The translations under genes and the position numbers were made by a program. Below the pieces are notes generated by a model. The model was given only the letters and a program-made list of their open reading frames with translations, was not told the origin of the DNA and made no database searches. From Flavobacteriales bacterium (GTDB lineage Bacteria > Bacteroidota > Bacteroidia > CAIKAF01), in NCBI GenBank assembly GCA_025055575.1, contig JANWWP010000063.1, positions 19,697 to 83,696 of the forward strand: a stretch of 64,000 nt of DNA, written 5' to 3'. The stretch's first letter is position 1; every line of letters starts with the position of its first letter. Positions 9,050 to 15,545 of the stretch are shown here, one piece after another.

Positions 9050-9808
9050 ATGAACCCTCGTATTTTACCTTGTATCTTTTTCATCCTGGGCGTTTTGGGA
9101 TTTGGTTGCGACGCCTGGAAACATCCGGAAGCCATGGCCCAAAAAATATTTCCGTATGCAGGACTTTATCATGCCATCGTGCCCAGCGCCTCCTGCGAGG
9201 GCCTGTTTTCTATCCTCACCTTGACCAGCGACTTCAAATACGATTTAAAAATCAAAAAACTGGGCGTGGCCGATAGTTTTGAAATAGAAACCGGTACGTT
9301 CAGCTGGGACGCCTCCACACGAAGACTTACCCTCAGTGGCCGGGGGCCGGAATCCAACAAGTTCTATTTTGATAAAGGGAATTTTATTCTGCTGGACAAA
9401 TCCGGAAAACCCCACCAGGGCGATGAAGCCGAACGGGAATCTTTTGTGTTTTATGCCTATAAAAATGTATTGAAGGAAATCAAATGGAAGTTGGTGGAAA
9501 TAAATGAAAAAAGTCTGCCCCCGGATGAAGTGTACCGCCAGGATCCCTACGTCTATTTTCCCGCAAAAGACAACAGCGTCCAGGGGTTCGGTGGTTGCAA
9601 TTCCTTTTTCGGCAGCGCCCGCATCCGGGAGTCAGGGGAAATATCCATGACCGATCTGGCGGCCACCAAAATGTATTGTGCACAGGTCTCCATCGAAACC
9701 GATTTTTTGAACAATCTCAGGGAAGCCGATACATTTTCAACGGACCAAAATTTTCTTACCTTGTTGAAAGGGTCCAAAACCTTGCTGAAGTTCAAAGCCA
9801 AATATTGA
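9050..9808 (+). CDS. Lipoprotein with NlpE-like N-terminal domain and META (HslJ) domain
   Basis: Lipobox LGFGC; NlpE-like PSASCEGLFSILTL; META motifs WKLVEIN, GFGGCNSFFG and ATKMYC. ATG 9050 preferred. Confidence 0.7.
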   Translation: MNPRILPCIFFILGVLGFGCDAWKHPEAMAQKIFPYAGLYHAIVPSASCEGLFSILTLTSDFKYDLKIKKLGVADSFEIETGTFSWDASTRRLTLSGRGPESNKFYFDKGNFILLDKSGKPHQGDEAERESFVFYAYKNVLKEIKWKLVEINEKSLPPDEVYRQDPYVYFPAKDNSVQGFGGCNSFFGSARIRESGEISMTDLAATKMYCAQVSIETDFLNNLREADTFSTDQNFLTLLKGSKTLLKFKAKY

Positions 9809-10009
9809 TGTACAAGACCCTTAATGTGCAAGGGTATTAAATCGTCCGGAATTTTCTTTATAAAATAATAAAATGAAGATAATGAAATTATCTTTTTTGA
9901 CAAATTTCTTTACTTTTAGCGAATTGAATTCTGAATTTTAAAATGTAATTTTTTAAATACTTTTTGTCTCATTAATTCCACATTTGGGTTATTATTAAAT
10001 ATAATTATA

Positions 10010-11155
10010 ATGTTCAGTTTTCTTCGGCTTATTGGACTTGGTTTGTTCTTAATTCTTCTTCGATGTAAAGTGAATCCTCCGCTGAAATTCAGCGAAACCG
10101 ATCCTTTGGAAAATGTGTCTGAAATACAGCTGCCAGAAGGATTCGAAATCAGCGTTTTTGCCCGGGTGAAAAATGCTCGGGCGATGGCCCTGAGTCCCCA
10201 AGGCATCTTGTATGTGGGCTCCAGAAAGGAAGGCAGAGTGTATGCGGTGTTGGATAATAATCAGGACGGCCGCGCCGAGGAAGTGGTGACGGTGGCTTCC
10301 GGACTTCAGATGCCCACCGGTGTGTGCTGGCATCAGAATAATTTATATGTATCGGAGGTGCACCGTATTTTAATTTTTGATGCCATTGATCAGAATTTCC
10401 GGCGCAACCCATCCTATCGGGTTGTCCCTTACACCTTTCCGTCGGAGGAGCACCACGGCTGGAAATACATTCGCTTTGGCCCGGACGGCAAACTGTATGT
10501 GCCTGTGGGCGCCCCTTGTAACATTTGCCTCCGGCCGGACGATCCACGGTTTGCCACCCTCATGCGCCTGAATCCGGACGGTTCGGGTGCAGAAATTGTG
10601 GCCCGGGGCGTCCGAAATTCTGTAGGTTTTGACTGGAATCCTCAGACAGGTACCTTGTGGTTCACCGATAACGGGCGCGATTGGATGGGAGACGACCAGC
10701 CGCCCTGCGAGCTGAATCGTCTGGACAAGCCGGGTCAGCATTTCGGTTTCCCCTTTTGCCATGGCCGCAGCCTGGCCGATCCGGATTATGGAAAGCAGGC
10801 CCGCTGTGACACGCTCACTTCGGCCGCCATGGAGCTGGGCCCACACGTGGCGCCTCTGGGCATGTGTTTCTATCGTCATACCGCTTTTCCGGAGAAGTAC
10901 CGCCATGGCGTATTCATTGCAGAGCATGGGTCCTGGAACCGTACCACGCCTATCGGATACCGCATCAGTTTTGTTCCGATTCAGCAAGATCAAGCCCAGT
11001 CTTATGAAGTTTTTGCTTCCGGATGGCTTCGAAAAGATGGCAGCCGGTGGGGGCGCCCGGTGGATGTGTTGACGGCGCCCGACGGCGCGCTGCTGGTGAG
11101 CGATGATTATGGAGACGCCATTTACCGTATTGCTTACAAAGGTCCTGGGCATTGA
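10010..11155 (+). CDS. PQQ-dependent sugar/sorbosone dehydrogenase family protein (probable lipoprotein)
   Basis: FGPDGKLYVPVGAPCNIC, ARGVRNSVGFDW, HVAPLGM, EHGSWNR and GRPVDV motifs; signal peptide ending LLRC. Confidence 0.85.
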   Translation: MFSFLRLIGLGLFLILLRCKVNPPLKFSETDPLENVSEIQLPEGFEISVFARVKNARAMALSPQGILYVGSRKEGRVYAVLDNNQDGRAEEVVTVASGLQMPTGVCWHQNNLYVSEVHRILIFDAIDQNFRRNPSYRVVPYTFPSEEHHGWKYIRFGPDGKLYVPVGAPCNICLRPDDPRFATLMRLNPDGSGAEIVARGVRNSVGFDWNPQTGTLWFTDNGRDWMGDDQPPCELNRLDKPGQHFGFPFCHGRSLADPDYGKQARCDTLTSAAMELGPHVAPLGMCFYRHTAFPEKYRHGVFIAEHGSWNRTTPIGYRISFVPIQQDQAQSYEVFASGWLRKDGSRWGRPVDVLTAPDGALLVSDDYGDAIYRIAYKGPGH

Positions 11156-11178
11156 ACCCGCAATTGGAGGCCGCATTG

Positions 11179-11186
11179 TAGTTTTG
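11179..11186 (+). promoter_or_regulatory. -7 promoter box TAGTTTTG for the PorP/SprF gene
   Basis: Exact TAnnTTTG, 6 nt before ATG 11193. Confidence 0.6.
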
Positions 11187-11192
11187 GCCGTC

Positions 11193-12152
11193 ATGTTTTG
11201 GAACAAGATGAAGTGGGTGGTGCTGGCGACACTCTGCGGGGTGTCTTCCCGTGCCCAGTCCACCACCACCTACGCCTTGCAGGAACCCTTCGTGGCGCGC
11301 TACTTCGATACCCGCTTGGCATTGAACCCGGCAGCGGCCGGCAGCCAGGCGAAACTCCAGGCCGCGGCGCTAGGCCGTACCCAGTTTGTAACGGCCCGCA
11401 ATGCGCCTTTTCACTTGCTGTTGCAGGGCGATGCCGCCTTGAAGCAATTCGGTGTGGGCCTCGTGGTCAACTATCTCAGCTACGGCAGCGCTCTGGATAC
11501 GGTTTCTTCCGGCATTCGCATCAGCAATGCCCGATTGGCCGGGGCTTACCATTTTAGTTTCACGAAGTTTAAGCTGGGCATTGGGCTGGATGTCGGATTT
11601 CTGAACAAACAATTCCGTTATCCCCAGACGGGCATTATGAATTCCCAAACCCAGCCGGATATTGGCGCGGGTCTTATGGCCTATGGGGATGAATTTTTTG
11701 TGAGCGCAGCGTTGCAACATATTGCCCCCATGCGTTTCTCCGAGTTGGATGATTCGGTGGCGTCCCGTCGGACGGCGGTGGTATCTTTTGGTTATATGGG
11801 TGCGCCGTCTCCTGGAAAAACAAAACCCTACATCACCACGCTCCTGAGATCTGACTTTCGCTATCTGGCGGCGGATGTTAATGCCGGGCTTTCGTTCCGC
11901 TTTTTCAACATCGGAGCGCTATACAGGGCTTATTTCCTGCCGGATGATCCCGGTTACTTAGGCAAGCTGGGGGTTCAAGCCTCGGGCGTTTTATACGATA
12001 CCGAAAAAATGGCCTTCTCACTTTTTTATTCTTTTGAAACCTTTGTAGGTCGGCGCAGTTTCACTCTCAACCGGGCGGCATTCCATGAAATTGGCGCTCT
12101 TTTTCGACTCAAAACCTTCAAACCTGTCATAATTGAAAAGCCAGAAAATTAG
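11193..12152 (+). CDS. PorP/SprF family T9SS membrane protein
   Basis: Signal peptide, then LNPAAAGS...RTQF and PDIGAG motifs and a beta-barrel pattern. Start is ATG 11193 or 11208; the ORF-track start at 11103 overlaps the upstream gene. Confidence 0.7.
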   Translation: MFWNKMKWVVLATLCGVSSRAQSTTTYALQEPFVARYFDTRLALNPAAAGSQAKLQAAALGRTQFVTARNAPFHLLLQGDAALKQFGVGLVVNYLSYGSALDTVSSGIRISNARLAGAYHFSFTKFKLGIGLDVGFLNKQFRYPQTGIMNSQTQPDIGAGLMAYGDEFFVSAALQHIAPMRFSELDDSVASRRTAVVSFGYMGAPSPGKTKPYITTLLRSDFRYLAADVNAGLSFRFFNIGALYRAYFLPDDPGYLGKLGVQASGVLYDTEKMAFSLFYSFETFVGRRSFTLNRAAFHEIGALFRLKTFKPVIIEKPEN

Positions 12153-13398
12153 GCCCAGCCTTAGGGGACTCTTTTTCCTGATACTGATTTCTTTATGCAG
12201 GCTGGGAGCGGAAAGCTCGTTGTTTTCCCAGAATCCCCTGGAAAGCGCGGTGGCTGCCAAAAAGCAGGAGATTCGACAGCAGGAAGCCCGCCTGAAGCAA
12301 TTACATCAGGAATTGGAAGAACTCCGGCTTCAGTGGATTCAATATGAACTCAGGGCCCCCGGTTTGCCTGTTTTGCGGGACAGTGGTTACACGGTGTGTC
12401 ATGCGGCCATGGTCCTGAACTACAACGAAAAACATGAACAGGCCAACTGGGTGGCTCATATCCTGGTGCCTGAGGTGGCTACGGGTGTTCAGTCCCGCAC
12501 CAACAACTTCCGACCGGATCCCAAAGTGCCTACAGGTACGGCCACAAAAGAGGACTACTGGCGCAGTGGTTTTGACAGAGGCCATCTGGCGCCTTCGGCG
12601 GACTTTCGTTGGAGCTTCAAGGCCTTGGATGAATCTTTTTATTACAGCAATATGGCACCCCAACGCAAAGAGCTGAACCGGGAACGCTGGAGTGAACTGG
12701 AAGATCATCTGCGCCAATACGTCATAAAAACAGGACGTCCTTTGTATGTAGTGACAGGGGGCATCCTTAAAGAGGGCTTGCCCACAATTGGCCCCAACCA
12801 GGTGTCGGTGCCGGAATATTTTTATAAGGTGGCGCTGGATTATACCCATCCGGAAAAACCCGGAATAGCCTTTATTATGCCCAACTCCGTGTGCCGGAAA
12901 AGTATCATGGGTTATAGCTTTCCGATTGACTCCGTGGAGGCACGCACCGGAATCGATTTTTTTCCAAAATTCAGTGCCGAAGAAGAAAGAAAAGCCGAAG
13001 GCAGAGTCCTGGACAGTCTCTGGAACTCGGAACGCCTGAAGCAGTTCAAGGATCCTCTCACCAGTCCGAAACTGCCACGGGGTGCGATGAATACGTTGGA
13101 TGCCCGTCAAAGCCTGAACCAACATGCCACGGTGTGTGGCACAGTGGCCGGAAAGCCGCATATGGCCCGCAACGGGAACATCTATATAAATCTGGATAAA
13201 CCCTATCCGGATTCCGATTTCACGCTGGTGATTTTTAAGAAGGATATTCCTTCCTTTTCATACGACCCCCTTGGAGTGTTTCAGGATGACCGGTCGGTAT
13301 GCGCCACAGGAAAGGTAACCGAATATCAGGGCCGCCTGGAAATCATTCTTTCTCATCCCCGCCAAGTCAAATTCTTGGAAGAAACCGAAGACCCCTGA
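12133..13398 (+). CDS. Exported DNA/RNA non-specific endonuclease with N-terminal coiled coil and C-terminal OB-fold-like domain
   Basis: betabetaalpha-Me motifs FDRGHLAPSADF and YYSNMAPQ...LNRERW; signal peptide; C-terminal VCGTV...IYINLDKPYP...VCATGKVTEYQG; TTG start. Confidence 0.85.
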   Translation: MKSQKIRPSLRGLFFLILISLCRLGAESSLFSQNPLESAVAAKKQEIRQQEARLKQLHQELEELRLQWIQYELRAPGLPVLRDSGYTVCHAAMVLNYNEKHEQANWVAHILVPEVATGVQSRTNNFRPDPKVPTGTATKEDYWRSGFDRGHLAPSADFRWSFKALDESFYYSNMAPQRKELNRERWSELEDHLRQYVIKTGRPLYVVTGGILKEGLPTIGPNQVSVPEYFYKVALDYTHPEKPGIAFIMPNSVCRKSIMGYSFPIDSVEARTGIDFFPKFSAEEERKAEGRVLDSLWNSERLKQFKDPLTSPKLPRGAMNTLDARQSLNQHATVCGTVAGKPHMARNGNIYINLDKPYPDSDFTLVIFKKDIPSFSYDPLGVFQDDRSVCATGKVTEYQGRLEIILSHPRQVKFLEETEDP

Positions 13399-13489
13399 CG
13401 GCAGGGATTATTTTTCGCAGTGGCGGGCCTTTTCTGGTTTTCTGATTTTTGGTTTGGAAGAATTAATTATGACTCACAAAAATTTTGTG

Positions 13490-13497
13490 TACTTTTG
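13490..13497 (+). promoter_or_regulatory. -7 promoter box TACTTTTG of the rimP-nusA-infB operon
   Basis: Exact TAnnTTTG, 69 nt upstream of the rimP ATG. Confidence 0.75.
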
Positions 13498-13507
13498 TGG
13501 TGAAATG

Positions 13508-13536
13508 AAAGGGGGGCTTAATGGAGCCCCTTTTTT
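13508..13536 (+). terminator. Terminator-like hairpin inside the rimP leader (candidate attenuator)
   Basis: AAAGGGGGGCT / AGCCCCTTTTT stem, 6-nt loop and T6 tract, lying between the promoter and rimP. Confidence 0.75.
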
Positions 13537-13566
13537 GTTAAAATTGGAATTTTAGATTCTGGGTGG

Positions 13567-14037
13567 ATGGATATTTCTGCTGTGGAAAAATTTTTAAATG
13601 AATTTCTGGAAGGCGGTCCGCACTTTCTGGTGGAAGCCAGTGTGCAGAAAGGCGATCATTTAGAAGTGTATATCGATAGCTATGAATCTTTTTCCCATGC
13701 GGATTGCATAATGGTAACACGGGCGCTTCAAGACAAGTTTGGCCCGGAACTCGATGCTTTTTATATTACCGTGTCGTCCGCAGGTTTAGACCGGCCATTT
13801 CGTTCCATCCGCCAGTATCATAAAAATTTGGGGAGGCCCGTTAAAATCATCACCTGCGACGGCAAAGCCTACACCGGCCTTCTGGAGAGTCTCACCCCTG
13901 AGGGCGTCCGACTGGAGGTGCAGGATTTTAATGTCCAAAAGAAGAAGCCACCCAAAACGGAGCCCCAGATCCTCTTCATACCTTTCTCAGAAATCAAACA
14001 AACCACCCGGCTAATCCTTTTCAAAAAAGAAAAATAA
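13567..14037 (+). CDS. rimP: Ribosome maturation factor RimP
   Basis: ITVSSAGLDRPF and QYHKNLGR motifs; position ahead of nusA-infB. Confidence 0.93.
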   Translation: MDISAVEKFLNEFLEGGPHFLVEASVQKGDHLEVYIDSYESFSHADCIMVTRALQDKFGPELDAFYITVSSAGLDRPFRSIRQYHKNLGRPVKIITCDGKAYTGLLESLTPEGVRLEVQDFNVQKKKPPKTEPQILFIPFSEIKQTTRLILFKKEK

Positions 14038-14041
14038 AAAC

Positions 14042-15388
14042 ATGGCTAAAAGAAAAGTAAAAACCCACGAGTTCGACCGTGAACAATTTAAGGAAGCCCT
14101 CACGGAGCTGAAAGACTTAAAGAATGTGGACAGGGTGAACCTGATTAACATTATAGAAGAAACGTTCAGAACCGTATTGGCTAAAAAATATGGTTCGGCC
14201 GACAACTTCGATATCTTTTTTGCCCCCGACCGAGGTGACCTGGAAGTGTATTGGAACCGCGAAATTGTCGAAGACGGCAAGGTGGAGGATCCCAACCGCC
14301 AGATTGAACATTCGGAAGCCATCAAAATAGAACCCGACTTCGAAGTGGGGGAGACGCTCAGCCAAAAAATTCCCTTGGAAGAATTTGGCCATCGGGCCGT
14401 GGCCACGCTTAAGCAAACCTTACAGGGCCGTGTGCGGGATGTGGAGAAAGACAACATTTACAAGAAATATAAGGACCGTGTGGGCGAAATCATCACGGCT
14501 GAAGTGTATCAGATTTGGAAAAAAGAATTGCTGCTCAAGGACGACGAGGGCCACGAGCTGGTGCTCCCACGCGATCAGATGATTCCCGGCGATTTTTACA
14601 AAAAAGGAGATATGGTGAAAGCCATTGTGGCTAAGGTGGAAATGAAAGGCAGCACGCCCATCATCACATTGTCGCGTACTTCGCCGGTATTTCTCGAAAG
14701 ATTATTTGAAGCAGAGATTCCGGAAATTGAGGACGGGCTCATCAGCATCCGAAAAATTGTGCGCTCCCCTGGAGAGAGGGCCAAAGTGGCCGTGGAAACC
14801 CACGATGACCGCATTGATCCCGTGGGCGCTTGCGTGGGTGTCAAAGGCACCCGCATTCACGGCATTGTGCGCGAGTTGAGAAATGAGAATATCGACGTGA
14901 TCAACTTCACCCACAACATGCCCCTGCTCATTCAGCGCGCCCTAAGCCCGGCCAAAATCACCAGCATCCGCCTGGACGAAGACAACCACCGGGCCGAGGT
15001 ATTTCTGAAACCGGATCAGGTGTCCCTGGCTATTGGCAAGGGCGGGCAGAATATCCGACTGGCCTCCCGACTCACAGGCTACGAAATTGATGTCTACCGC
15101 GACACGGATACCGAAATTGAAGATGTGCCGTTGGATGAATTCCGGGATGAAATCGATGGATGGATTATTGATCAGCTGAAGGCCATTGGCTTAGATACGG
15201 CACGCGCCGTGCTTGAAATTCCAAAAAAAGAACTGGCCGACCGTGCCGACTTGGAGGAAGAAACAGCCCAGTATGTGCTGGACGTGCTGGCCAGAGAATT
15301 TGAAGAAGACGCGGGGGATAACAAAGATGACACCGAGAGCGATGAAGATGATGAAGGGGATGATGCATCCTTTGGGGAAGAAGAATAA
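14042..15388 (+). CDS. nusA: Transcription termination factor NusA with acidic C-terminal tail
   Basis: S1 and KH domains (PGERAKVAV, IDPVGACVG, AIGKGGQN); operon context. Confidence 0.98.
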   Translation: MAKRKVKTHEFDREQFKEALTELKDLKNVDRVNLINIIEETFRTVLAKKYGSADNFDIFFAPDRGDLEVYWNREIVEDGKVEDPNRQIEHSEAIKIEPDFEVGETLSQKIPLEEFGHRAVATLKQTLQGRVRDVEKDNIYKKYKDRVGEIITAEVYQIWKKELLLKDDEGHELVLPRDQMIPGDFYKKGDMVKAIVAKVEMKGSTPIITLSRTSPVFLERLFEAEIPEIEDGLISIRKIVRSPGERAKVAVETHDDRIDPVGACVGVKGTRIHGIVRELRNENIDVINFTHNMPLLIQRALSPAKITSIRLDEDNHRAEVFLKPDQVSLAIGKGGQNIRLASRLTGYEIDVYRDTDTEIEDVPLDEFRDEIDGWIIDQLKAIGLDTARAVLEIPKKELADRADLEEETAQYVLDVLAREFEEDAGDNKDDTESDEDDEGDDASFGEEE

Positions 15389-15402
15389 AAAACTTTTTTA
15401 AT

Positions 15403-15410
15403 TAACTTTG
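15403..15410 (+). promoter_or_regulatory. Internal -7 promoter box TAACTTTG upstream of infB
   Basis: Exact TAnnTTTG followed by CA, in the nusA-infB intergenic region. Confidence 0.75.
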
Positions 15411-15545
15411 CACGCATTTGTTTTCCAAACTTGCGATGAAATGAAGACGCCTTCTGACGGTTAGTAATTGATTAACAGCCTGCTGTCTCGTCATTTCGGA
15501 GCAAGGGCGGGAACATTTGCAGGCTATTTTCAATACACGAATTAC

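Noticed and set aside
10370-11269. 299-aa antisense ORF over the sugar dehydrogenase
   Set aside because: No motifs and no promoter box; it lies almost entirely opposite a well-supported gene.
12301-13161. 286-aa antisense ORF over the nuclease
   Set aside because: Considered as an immunity or antitoxin gene, but it is fully nested antisense with no recognisable features.
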